Part shown: one piece after another, positions 24,501-38,902 of the stretch | Layout of the letters: each line of letters starts with the position of its first letter | How positions within the stretch are numbered: the first letter of the stretch is position 1 | From: Nemertoderma westbladi | Taxonomy: Eukaryota > Animalia > Xenacoelomorpha | Direction: 5' to 3' | DNA length: 39,351 nt | Assembly: GCA_032718475.1 (NCBI GenBank) | Contig: JAUCBJ010006034.1 | Location: 1 to 39,351 of the forward strand | Translations under genes and position numbers: made by a program | Notes under the pieces: model-generated | What the model was told of the DNA's origin: nothing | The model's input: only the letters and a program-made list of their open reading frames with translations | The model's database searches: none

Positions 24501-27500
24501 TTAGAATAAATGTACACGGCTTACATTAGAATCACTGTACAGGACTTACATTGGAATCACTGTACTGGGACTTACATTGGAATCAATGTACTGGGATTTG
24601 CATTAGAATCACTGTACAGGACTTACATTGGAATCAATGTATATGGCTTACATTGTAATCACTGTATATGGCTTACATTGGAATCAATGTACTGGGACTT
24701 CCATTGGAATCAATGTACTGGGACTTACATTAGAATCACTGTACAGGACTTACATTAGAATCACTGTACAGGACTTACATTGGAATCACTGTATATGGCT
24801 TACATTGGAATCAATGTACTGAGACTTACATTAGAATCACTGTACATGACTTACATTGGAATCACTGTATATGGCTTACATTGGAATCAATGTACTGGGC
24901 CTTACATTAGAATAAATGTACACGGCTTACATTAGAATCACTGTACAGGACTTACATTGGAATCAATGTATTGGGACTTACATTGGAATCACTGTACAGG
25001 ACTTACATTGGAATCAATGTACTGGGACTTACATTAGAATCAATGTACTGGGACTTACATTGGAATCAATGTACTGGGACTTACATTGGAATCAATGTAC
25101 TGGGACTTACATTGGAATCAATGTACAGGGACTTACATTGGAATCAATGTACAGGGACTTACATTGGAATCAATGTACTGGGACTTACATTGGAATCAAT
25201 GTACTGGGACTTACATTGGAATCAATGTACAGGGACTTACATTGGAATCAATGTATATGGCTTACATTGGAATCACTGTATATGGCTTACATTGGAATCA
25301 ATGTACAGGACTTACATTGGAATCAATGTACTGGGACTTACATTGGAATCAATGTACTGGGACTTACATTGGAATCAATGTACTGGGATTTGCATTAGAA
25401 TCACTGTACAGGACTTACATTGGAATCACTGTACAGGACTTACATTGGAATCAATGTATTGGGACTTACATTGGAATCACTGTACAGGACTTACATTGGA
25501 ATCAATGTACTGGGACTTACATTAGAATCAATGTACTGGGACTTACATTGGAATCAATGTACTGGGACTTACATTGGAATCAATGTACTGGGACTTACAT
25601 TAGAATCACTGTACAGGACTTACATTGGAATCAATGTACTGGGACTTACATTAGAATCACTGTACAGGACTTACATTGGAATCAATGTACAGGGACTTAC
25701 ATTGGAATCAATGTACTGGGACTTACATTAGAATCAATGTGCTGGGACTTACATTGGAATCAATGTACTGGGACTTACATTGGAATCAATGTACTGGGAC
25801 TTACATTGGAATCAATGTACAGGGACTTACATTGGAATCAATGTACAGGGACTTACATTGGAATCAATGTACTGGGACTTACATTGGAATCAATGTACTG
25901 GGACTTACATTGGAATCAATGTACAGGGACTTACATTGGAATCAATGTATATGGCTTACATTGGAATCACTGTATATGGCTTACATTGGAATCAATGTAC
26001 AGGACTTACATTGGAATCAATGTACTGGGACTTACATTGGAATCAATGTACTGGGACTTACATTGGAATCAATGTACTGGGACTTACATTGGAATCAATG
26101 TACAGGGACTTACATTGGAATCAATGTACAGGGACTTACATTGGAATCAATGTACTGGGACTTACATTGGAATCAATGTACTGGGACTTACATTGGAATC
26201 AATGTACAGGGACTTACATTGGAATCAATGTATATGGCTTACATTGGAATCACTGTATATGGCTTACATTGGAATCAATGTACAGGACTTACATTGGAAT
26301 CAATGTACTGGGACTTACATTGGAATCAATGTACTGGGACTTACATTGGAATCAATGTACTGGGATTTGCATTAGAATCACTGTACAGGACTTACATTGG
26401 AATCAATGTACTGGGACTTACATTAGAATCGCTGTACAGGACTTACATTGGAATCACTGTAAAGGACTTACATTGGAATCAATGTACAGGGACTTACATT
26501 GGAATCAATGTATATGGCTTACATTGGAATCACTGTATATGGCTTACATTGGAATCAATGTACAGGACTTACATTGGAATCAATGTACTGGGACTTACAT
26601 TGGAATCAATGTACTGGGACTTACATTGGAATCAATGTACTGGGACTTACATTGGAATCAATGTACAGGGACTTACATTGGAATCAATGTATATGGCTTA
26701 CATTGGAATCACTGTATATGGCTTACATTGGAATCAATGTACAGGACTTACATTGGAATCAATGTACTGGGACTTACATTGGAATCAATGTACTGGGACT
26801 TACATTGGAATCAATGTACAGGGACTTACATTGGAATCAATGTACAGGGACTTACATTGGAATCAATGTATATGGCTTACATTGGAATCACTGTATATGG
26901 CTTACATTGGAATCAATGTACAGGACTTACATTGGAATCAATGTACTGGGACTTACATTAAAATCACTGTACAGGACTTACATTGGAATCAATGTACTGG
27001 GACTTACATTGGAATCAATGTACTGGGACTTACATTAGAATCACTGTACAGGACTTACATTGGAATCAATGTACTGGGACTTACATTGGAATCAATGTAT
27101 TGGGACTTACATTGGAATCAATGTACTGGGACTTACATTAGAATCACTGTACTGGGACTTACATTAGATTAAATGTACACGGCTTACATTAGAATCACTG
27201 TACTGGGACTTACATTGGAATCAATGTATATGGCTTGCATTGGAATCACTGTATATGGCTTACATTGGAATCAATGTACAGGACTTACATTGGAATCAAT
27301 GTACTGGGACTTACATTAGAATCACTGTACAGGACTTACATTGGAATCAATGTACTGGGACTTACATTGGAATCAATGTATTGGGACTTACATTGGAATC
27401 AATGTACTGGGCCTTACATTAGAATAAATGTACACGGCTTACATTAGAATCACTGTACAGGACTTACATTGGAATCAATGTACTGGAACTTACATTAGAA

Positions 27501-30500
27501 TCACTGTACAGGACTTACATTGGAATCAATGTACTGGAACTTACATTAGAATCACTGTACAGGACTTACATTGGAATCAATGTACTGGGACTTACATTGG
27601 AATCAATGTACTGGGACTTACATTAGAATCACTGTACAGGACTTACATTGGAATCAATGTACTGGGACTTACATTAGAATCACTGTACAGGACTTACATT
27701 AGAATCAATGTACTGGGATTTGCATTAGAATCACTGCACAGGACTTACATTGGAATCAATGTACTGGGACTTACATTGGAATCAATGTATTGGGACTTAC
27801 ATTGGAATCAATGTATTGGGACTTACATTAGAATAAATGTACACGGCTTACATTAGAATCACTGTACAGGACTTACATTGGAATCAATGTACTGGGACTT
27901 ACATTGGAATCAATGTATTGGGACTTACATTGGAATCAATGTACTGGGCCTTACATTAGAATAAATGTACACAGCTTACATTAGAATCACTGTACAGGAC
28001 TTACATTGGAATCAATGTACTGGAACTTACATTAGAATCACTGTACAGGACTTACATTGGAATCAATGTACTGGAACTTACATTAGAATCACTGTACAGG
28101 ACTTACATTGGAATCAATGTACTGGAACTTACATTAGAATCACTGTACAGGACTTACATTGGAATCAATGTACTGGAACTTACATTAGAATAAATGTACA
28201 CGGCTTACATTAGAATCAATGTATTGGGACTTACATTGGAATCAATGTACTGGGCCTTACATTAGAATAAATGTACACGGCTTACATTAGAATCACTGTA
28301 CAGGACTTACATTGGAATCAATGTACTGGAACTTACATTAGAATCACTGTACAGGACTTACATTGGAATCAATGTATTGGAACTTACATTAGAATCACTG
28401 TACAGGACTTACATTGGAATCAATGTACTGGGACTTACATTGGAATCAATGTACTGGGACTTACATTAGAATCACTGTACAGGACTTACATTGGAATCAA
28501 TGTACTGGGACTTACATTAGAATCACTGTACAGGACTTACATTAGAATCAATGTACTGGGATTTGCATTAGAATCACTGTACAGGACTTACATTGGAATC
28601 AATGTATTGGGACTTACATTGGAATCAATGTACTGGGCCTTACATTAGAATAAATGTACACGGCTTACATTAGAATCACTGTACAGGACTTACATTGGAA
28701 TCAATGTACTGGAACTTACATTATAATCACTGTACAGGACTTACATTAGAATCAATGTACTGGAACTTACATTAGAATAAATGTACACGGCTTACATTAG
28801 AATCACTGTACAGGACTTACATTGGAATCAATGTACTGGAACTTACATTATAATCACTGTACAGGACTTACATTAGAATCACTGTACAGAACTTACATTA
28901 GAATCACTGTACAGGACTTACATTGGAATCAATGTACTGGGACTTACATTAGAATCACTGTACAGGACTTACAATAGAATCACTGTACAGGACTTACATT
29001 AGAATCACTGTACAGGACTTACATTGGAATCAATGTACTGGGCCTTACATTGGAATCAATGTACTGGGACTTACATTGGAATAAATGTACACGGCTTACA
29101 TTAGAATCACTGTACAGGACTTACATTGGAATCAATGTACTGGAACTTACATTAGAATCACTGTACAGGACTTACATTGGAATCAATGTACTGGAACTTA
29201 CATTATAATCACTGTACAGGACTTACATTGGAATCAATGTACTGGGACTTATATTGGAATCAATGTACTGGGACTTACATTAGAATCACTGTACAGGACT
29301 TACATTGGAATCAATGTACTGGGACTTACATTAGAATCACTGTACAGGACTTACATTAGAATCAATGTACTGGGATTTGCATTAGAATCACTGTACAGGA
29401 CTTACATTGGAATCAATGTATTGGGACTTACATTAGAATAAATGTACACGGCTTACATTAGAATCACTGTACAGGACTTACATTAGAATCAATGTACTGG
29501 GATTTGCATTAGAATCACTGTACAGGACTTACATTGGAATCAATGTACTGGGACTTACATTGGAATCAATGTATTGGGACTTACATTGGAATCAATGTAC
29601 TGGTACTTACATTAGAATCACTGTATTGGGACTTACATTAGATTAAATGTACACGGCTTACATTAGAATCACTGTACTGGGACTTACATTGGAATCAATG
29701 TATATGGCTTGCATTGGAATCACTGTATATGGCTTACATTGGAATCACTGTATATGGCTTACATTGGAATCAATGTACAGGACTTACATTGGAATCAATG
29801 TACTGGGACTTACATTAGAATCACTGTACAGGACTTACATTGGAATCAATGTACTGGAACTTACATTAGAATCACTGTACAGGACTTACATTGGAATCAA
29901 TGTACTGGAACTTACATTAGAATCACTGTACAGGACTTACATTGGAATCAATGTAATGGGACTTACATTGGAATCAATGTATTGGGACTTACATTGGAAT
30001 CAATGTACTGGGCCTTACATTAGAATAAATGTACACGGCTTACATTAGAATCACTGTACAGGACTTACATTGGAATCAATGTACTGGAACTTACATTAGA
30101 ATAAATGTACACGGCTTACATTAGAATCACTGTACTGGGACTTACATTGGAATCAATGTATATGGCTTACATTGGAATCACTGTATATGGCTTACATTGG
30201 AATCAATGTACTGGAACTTACATTATAATCACTGTACAGGACTTACATTAGAATCACTGTACAGGACTTACATTAGAATCACTGTACAGGACTTACATTG
30301 GAATCAATGTACTGGGACTTACATTAGAATCACTGTACACGGCTTACATTAGAATCACTGTACAGGACTTACATTGGAATCAATGTACTGGGACTTACAT
30401 TGGAATCAATGTATTGGGACTTACATTGGAATCAATGTACTGGGCCTTACATTGGAATCAATGTACTGGGACTTACATTGGAATAAATGTACACGGCTTA

Positions 30501-33500
30501 CATTAGAATCACTGTACAGGACTTACATTGGAATCAATGTACTGGAACTTACATTAGAATCACTGTACAGGACTTACATTGGAATCAATGTACTGGAACT
30601 TACATTATAATCACTGTACAGGACTTACATTGGAATCAATGTACTGGGACTTATATTGGAATCAATGTACTGGGACTTACATTAGAATCACTGTACAGGA
30701 CTTACATTGGAATCAATGTACTGGGACTTACATTAGAATCACTGTACAGGACTTACATTAGAATCAATGTACTGGGATTTGCATTAGAATCACTGTACAG
30801 GACTTACATTGGAATCAATGTATTGGGACTTACATTAGAATAAATGTACACGGCTTACATTAGAATCACTGTACAGGACTTACATTAGAATCAATGTACT
30901 GGGATTTGCATTAGAATCACTGTACAGGACTTACATTGGAATCAATGTACTGGGACTTACATTGGAATCAATGTATTGGGACTTACATTGGAATCAATGT
31001 ACTGGGACTTACATTAGAATCACTGTATTGGGACTTACATTAGATTAAATGTACACGGCTTACATTAGAATCACTGTACTGGGACTTACATTGGAATCAA
31101 TGTATATGGCTTGCATTGGAATCACTGTATATGGCTTACATTGGAATCACTGTATATGGCTTACATTGGAATCAATGTACAGGACTTACATTGGAATCAA
31201 TGTACTGGGACTTACATTAGAATCACTGTACAGGACTTACATTGGAATCAATGTACTGGAACTTACATTAGAATCACTGTACAGGACTTACATTGGAATC
31301 AATGTACTGGAACTTACATTAGAATCACTGTACAGGACTTACATTGGAATCAATGTAATGGGACTTACATTGGAATCAATGTATTGGGACTTACATTGGA
31401 ATCAATGTACTGGGCCTTACATTAGAATAAATGTACACGGCTTACATTAGAATCACTGTACAGGACTTACATTGGAATCAATGTACTGGAACTTACATTA
31501 GAATAAATGTACACGGCTTACATTAGAATCACTGTACTGGGACTTACATTGGAATCAATGTATATGGCTTACATTGGAATCACTGTATATGGCTTACATT
31601 GGAATCAATGTACTGGGACTTACATTAGAATCACTGTACAGGACTTACATTGGAATCACTGTATATGGCTTACATTGGAATCAATGTACTGGATCTTACA
31701 TTAGAATAAATGTACACGGCTTACATTAGAATCACTGTACTGGGACTTACATTGGAATCAATGTATATGGCTTACATTGGAATCACTGTATATGGCTTAC
31801 ATTGGAATCAATGTACTGGGACTTCCATTGGAATCAATGTACTGGGACTTACATTAGAATCACTGTACAGGACTTACATTAGAATCACTGTACAGGACTT
31901 ACATTGGAATCACTGTATATGGCTTACATTGGAATCAATGTACTGGGACTTACATTAGAATCACTGTACAGGACTTACATAGGAATCACTGTATATGGCT
32001 TACATTGGAATCAATGTACTGGGCCTTACATTAGAATAAATGTACACGGCTTACATTAGAATCACTGTACAGGACTTACATTGGAATCACTGTACTGGGA
32101 CTTACATTGGAATCAATGTACTGGGATTTGCATTAGAATCACTGTACAGGACTTACATTGGAATCAATGTATATGGCTTACATTGTAATCACTGTATATG
32201 GCTTACATTGGAATCAATGTACTGGGACTTCCATTGGAATCAATGTACTGGGACTTACATTAGAATCACTGTACAGGACTTACATTAGAATCACTGTACA
32301 GGACTTACATTGGAATCACTGTATATGGCTTACATTGGAATCAATGTACTGAGACTTACATTAGAATCACTGTACATGACTTACATTGGAATCACTGTAT
32401 ATGGCTTACATTGGAATCAATGTACTGTGCCTTACATTAGAATAAATGTACACGGCTTACATTAGAATCACTGTACAGGACTTACATTGGAATCACTGTA
32501 CAGGACTTACATTGGAATCAATGTATTGGGACTTACATTGGAATCACTGTACAGGACTTACATTGGAATCAATGTACTGGGACTTACATTAGAATCAATG
32601 TACTGGGACTTACATTGGAATCAATGTACTGGGACTTACATTGGAATCAATGTACTGGGACTTACATTGGAATCAATGTACAGGGACTTACATTGGAATC
32701 AATGTACAGGGACTTACATTGGAATCAATGTACTGGGACTTACATTGGAATCAATGTACTGGGACTTACATTGGAATCAATGTACAGGGACTTACATTGG
32801 AATCAATTTATATGGCTTACATTGGAATCACTGTATATGGCTTACATTGGAATCAATGTACAGGACTTACATTGGAATCAATGTACTGGGACTTACATTG
32901 GAATCAATGTACTGGGACTTACATTGGAATCAATGTACTGGGATTTGCATTAGAATCACTGTACAGGACTTACATTGGAATCACTGTACAGGACTTACAT
33001 TGGAATCAATGTATTGGGACTTACATTGGAATCACTGTACAGGACTTACATTGGAATCAATGTACTGGGACTTACATTAGAATCAATGTACTGGGACTTA
33101 CATTGGAATCAATGTACTGGGACTTACATTGGAATCAATGTACTGGGACTTACATTAGAATCACTGTACAGGACTTACATTGGAATCAATGTACTGGGAC
33201 TTACATTAGAATCACTGTACAGGACTTACATTGGAATCAATGTACAGGGACTTACATTGGAATCAATGTACTGGGACTTACATTAGAATCAATGTACTGG
33301 GACTTACATTGGAATCAATGTACTGGGACTTACATTGGAATCAATGTACTGGGACTTACATTGGAATCAATGTACAGGGACTTACATTGGAATCAATGTA
33401 CAGGGACTTACATTGGAATCAATGTACTGGGACTTACATTGGAATCAATGTACTGGGACTTACATTGGAATCAATGTACAGGGACTTACATTGGAATCAA

Positions 33501-36500
33501 TGTATATGGCTTACATTGGAATCACTGTATATGGCTTACATTGGAATCAATGTACAGGACTTACATTGGAATCAATGTACTGGGACTTACATTGGAATCA
33601 ATGTACTGGGACTTACATTGGAATCAATGTACTGGGATTTGCATTAGAATCACTGTACAGGACTTACATTGGAATCAATGTACTGGGACTTACATTAGAA
33701 TCACTGTACAGGACTTACATTGGAATCACTGTAAAGGACTTACATTGGAATCAATGTACAGGGACTTACATTGGAATCAATGTATATGGCTTACATTGGA
33801 ATCACTGTATATGGCTTACATTGGAATCAATGTACAGGACTTACATTGGAATCAATGTACTGGGACTTACATTGGAATCAATGTACTGGGACTTACATTG
33901 GAATCAATGTACTGGGACTTACATTGGAATCAATGTACAGGGACTTACACTGGAATCAATGTATATGGCTTACATTGGAATCACTGTATATGGCTTACAT
34001 TGGAATCAATGTACAGGACTTACATTGGAATCAATGTACTGGGACTTACATTGGAATCAATGTACTGGGACTTACATTGGAATCAATGTACAGGGACTTA
34101 CATTGGAATCAATGTACAGGGACTTACATTGGAATCAATGTATATGGCTTACATTGGAATCACTGTATATGGCTTACATTGGAATCAATGTACAGGACTT
34201 ACATTGGAATCAATGTACTGGGACTTACATTGGAATCAATGTACTGGGACTTACATTGGAATCAATGTACAGGGACTTACATTGGAATCAATGTACAGGG
34301 ACTTACATTGGAATCAATGTACTGGGACTTACATTGGAATCAATGTACTGGGACTTACATTGGAATCAATGTACAGGGACTTACATTGGAATCAATGTAT
34401 ATGGCTTACATTGGAATCACTGTATATGGCTTACATTGGAATCAATGTACAGGACTTACATTGGAATCAATGTACTGGGACTTACATTGGAATCAATGTA
34501 CTGGGACTTACATTAGAATCACTGTACAGGACTTACATTGGAATCAATGTACTGGGACTTACATTGGAATCAATGTACTGGGACTTACATTAGAATCACT
34601 GTACAGGACTTACATTGGAATCAATGTACTGGGACTTACATTGGAATCACTGTACTGGGACTTACATTGGAATCACTGTAATGGGACTTACATTGGAATC
34701 ACAGTACAGGACTTACATTGGAATCAATGTACTGGGACTTACATTAGAATCCCTGTACAGGACTTACATTGGAATCAATGTACTGGGACTTACATTGGAA
34801 TCAATGTACTGGGACTTCCATTGGAATCAATGTACTGGGACTTACATTAGAATCACTGTACAGGACTTACATTGGAATCAATGTACTGGGACTTACATTG
34901 GAATCAATGTACTGGGACTTCCATTGGAATCAATGTATATGGCTTACATTGGAATCACTGTATATGGCAAACATTGGAATCAATGTACAGGACTTACATT
35001 GGAATCAATGTACTGGGACTTACATTAGAATCACTGTAAAGGACTTACATTAGAATCAATGTACTGGGACTTACATTAGAATCACTGTACTGGGACTTAC
35101 ATTGGAATACATCTACACGGCTTCCATTAGAATCACTGTACTGGGACTTCGATTGGAATCAATGTATATGGCTTACATTGGAATCACTGTATATGGCTTT
35201 CATTGGAATCAATGTACAGGACTTACATTGGAATCACTGTACTGGGACTTACCTTGGAATCACTGTACAGGACATACATTGGAATCAATGTACTGGGACT
35301 TACATCAGAATCATTGTACTGGGACTTACATTGGAATCACTGTACAGGGCTTACATTGGAATCACAGTACATGGCTTACCTTAAAATCACTGTATACGGC
35401 TTACATTGGAATCACTATGGCTTACATTTGAATCAATGTATATGGCTTACATTGGAATCACTGTACAGGGCTTACATTGGAAACACTGTATATGGCTTAC
35501 ATTGGAATCACTGTACGTACAGGGCTTCCATTGAATCACTGTATATTGCTTACATTGGAATCACTGTATATGGCTTACATTGGAATCACTGTATATGGCT
35601 TACATTGGAATCAATGTACAGGACTTACATTGAATCACTGTACTGGGACTTACCTTGGAATCACTGTACAGGGCTTCCATTGGAATCACAGTACATGGCT
35701 TACCTTAAAATCACTGTATACGGCTTACATTGGAATCACTATGGCTTACATTTGAATCAATGTATATGGCTTACATTGGAATCACTGTACAGGACTTACA
35801 TTGGAATCAATGTATATGGCTTACATTGGAATCACTGTATATGGCTTACATTAGAATCAATGTACTGGGACTTACATTAGAATTACTGTACTGAGTCTTA
35901 CATTGGAATAAATGTACACGGCTTACATTAGAATCACTGTACTGGGACTTACATTGGAATCAATGTATATAGCTTACATTGGAATCACTGTATATGGCTT
36001 ACATTTGAATCAATGTACAGGACTTACATTGGAATCAATGTACTGGGACTTACATTAGAATCACTGTACAGGACATACATTGGAATCAATGTACTGGGAC
36101 TTACATCAGAATCATTGTACTGGGACTTACATTGGAGTCACTGTACAGGGCTTACATTGGAATCACAGTACATGGCTTACCTTAAAATCACTGTATACGG
36201 CTTACATTGGAATCACTATGGCTTACATTTGAATCACTGTATATGGCTTACATTGGAATCACTGTACAGGGCTTACATTCTAATCACTGTATATGGCTTA
36301 CATTAGAATCACTGTACTGGGACTTACATTGGAATACATCTACACGACTTCCATTAGAATCACTGTACTGGGACTTCGATTGGAATCAATGTATATGGCT
36401 TACATTGGAATCACTGTATATGGCTTACATTGGAATCAATGTACATGACTTACATTGGAATCACTGTACTGGGACTTACCTTGGAATCACTGTACAGGGC

Positions 36501-37197
36501 TTCCATTGGAATCACTGTACAGTACATACATTGGAATCAATGTACTGGGACTTACATCAGAATCATTGTACTGGGACTTACATTGGAATCACTGTACAGG
36601 GCTTACATTGGAATCACAGTACATGGCTTACCTTAAAATCACTGTATACGGCTTACATTGGAATCACTATGGCTTACATTTGAATCACTGTACAGGGCTT
36701 ACATTGGAATCACTGTATATGGCTTACATTGGAATCACTGTGCAGGGCTTACATTGGAATCACTGTACATGGCTTACATTGGAATCAATGTACAGGGCTT
36801 ACATTGGAATCAATGTACTGGGACTTATATTAGAATCACTGTACAGGACTTACATTGGAATCAATGTACTGGGACTTACATTAGAATTACTGTACTGAGT
36901 CTTACATTGGAATAAATGTACACGGCTTACATACGGCTTACATTAGAATCACTGTACTGGGACTTACATTGGAATCAATGTATATAGCTTACATTGGAAT
37001 CACTGTATATGGCTTACATTTGAATCAATGTACAGGACTTACATTGGAATCAATGTACTGGGACTTACATTAGAATCACTGTACAGGACTTACATTGGAA
37101 TCAATGTACACGGCTTACATTAGAATCACTATACTGGGACTTAGATTGGAATCAATGTATATGGCTTACATTGGAATCACTGTATATGGCTTACATT

Positions 37198-38405
37198 GGA
37201 TAATTGAAGAGTTATCAAAAAAGAAAGACAGGCATCTGGTTGTTATCTTTGTTGACTTCTTCAAGGCCTTTGATTCAGTCTCTTGCTCACGTATGTTCAT
37301 CATACTTTCGTTATATGGGATTCCTGATGAAATTATTGCAGCAATCAGATCAGTATACGATGGTTCGACAACATTTGTGTCTACTGTTGACGGTGACACA
37401 GAACCATTTGAAGTGTTATGGGGCGTCCTCCAGGGAGACACACTAGCACCATTCATGTTCATAATTGTTGTTGACTATGTTCTACCCATGTCCTTAGATC
37501 ATCATAATGATGATGGGGTGATGATAACTCCACCTACTGGCTCCAGAAGTCGAGGAAATCCTGCCAAGTACCTCACTGATCTAGACTTTGCTGATGACTT
37601 AGGAGTACTCTCAGAATCACTAGAGGGAGCCCAACGGCTCCTCAGCTTATTAGAACATGCTGCTTCTAGTGTTGGTCTTTTTATTAACTCCGGAAAGACC
37701 AAAATTTTGACAGTTAACTTTGAAAGTCCTCAGCAAGTCTCTGATCGGATGAGCATAAGCTCAAAAGATGGTATGCTTGAGCATGTGGATGACTTCTGTT
37801 ACCTGGGATCATGGATCCGGAAGTCAGGTGAGGACCTTCGAATACGTAAGGGAAAGGCATGGGCAGCCTTGAATAGGCTTTCCAGGATTTGAAAGTTACC
37901 GAGAATTAATCGGAAACTTAAGGTCCGATTATTTAGAGCAGCAGTAGTTCCAGTACTCCTCTATGGGAGTCCATGCTGGGCTCTAACTGCTGAGGACACC
38001 AAATCTCTGGATGGCACATTTACAAGAATGCTACGCCGGGTACATTGTGTCAAGTACAATGCACACATCTCCAACCAGACACTATATAACATTGGAGGTG
38101 TCTCATTGGTTCCCCCAAGCTTGACACTAGAACAAAATCGCCTCCGCTTTGCAGGACATTGCTTTCGCCGTGAGGACCAGCCAGTGCACAATCTTGTACT
38201 TTGGCAGCCTCATGGAGTGAATAAGCATGGTGGACAGCCCATGACTTTCTTGAGACGCATCTTAAAGGACACTGGCCTTGAAGATGCGGATGATCTAGCG
38301 AAATGTCATGGGTGATAGGGAGTTGTGGCGGTGCAATTTTGTTGACAAGCCGGCACAGCATTCTTAAAAATGCAGCTGCAATGCAGCATGCCGATCCTAG
38401 TAGTA
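37198..38405 (+). pseudogene. RTE-like LINE copy 2, 5'-truncated (~1.2 kb), RT disabled
   Basis: Nearly identical to the reverse complement of ~13910-15114. Begins at IIEELSKK with GGA microhomology to the satellite. TGG>TGA stop at 37890-37892, an extra G near 38300 shifts the frame, and it ends in the same 3' UTR and TAGTAG(TA). Confidence 0.93.
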
Positions 38406-38640
38406 CATTGGAATCAATGTACAGGACTTACATTAGAATCACTGTACTGGGACTTACATTGGAATCACTGTACAGGGCTTACATTGGAATCACAGTTCAG
38501 GGCTTACATTGGAATCACTGTATACGGCTTACATTGGAATCAATATGGCTTACATTTGAATCACCGTATAGGGCTTACATTGGAATCACTGTACAGGGCT
38601 TACATTGGAATCACTGTATATGGCTTACATTGGAATCTTT

Positions 38641-38902
38641 GCTTTGCAGGACATTGCTTTCGCCGTGAGGACCAACCAGTGCATAATCTTGTACTTTGGC
38701 AGCCTCATGGAGTGAATAAGCATGGTGGACAGCCCATGACTTTCTTGAGACGCATCTTAAAGGACACTGGCCTTGAAGATGCGGATGATCTAGCAAATGT
38801 CATGGGTGATAGGGAGTTGTGGCGGTGCAATTTTGTCGATAAGCCGGCACAGCATTCTTAAAAATGCAGCTGCAATGGAGCATGCCGATCCTAGTAGTAG
38901 TA
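38641..38902 (+). mobile_element. RTE-like LINE copy 3, extreme 5' truncation (~260 bp)
   Basis: Encodes FAGHCFRREDQPVHNLVLWQ...DRELWRCNFVDKPAQHS*, followed by the 3' UTR and (TAG)3(TA). Lacks the frameshift of copy 2 and has its own substitutions. Confidence 0.92.

Noticed and set aside
15778-36915. Dozens of plus-strand ORFs up to 650 aa (LHWNQCTGTYIGINVLGLTLESMYWD repeats)
   Set aside because: The 26-bp monomer has no TAA, TAG or TGA on the plus strand, so pure runs are open in all three frames at once. Monomer lengths of 25/26 are not multiples of 3, and the same peptide appears in every frame.
37095-37892. Satellite-RT fusion protein of 265 aa
   Set aside because: An in-frame join is expected by chance with a stop-poor repeat. 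The RT lacks its N-terminal subdomains and has a premature stop and a downstream frameshift.
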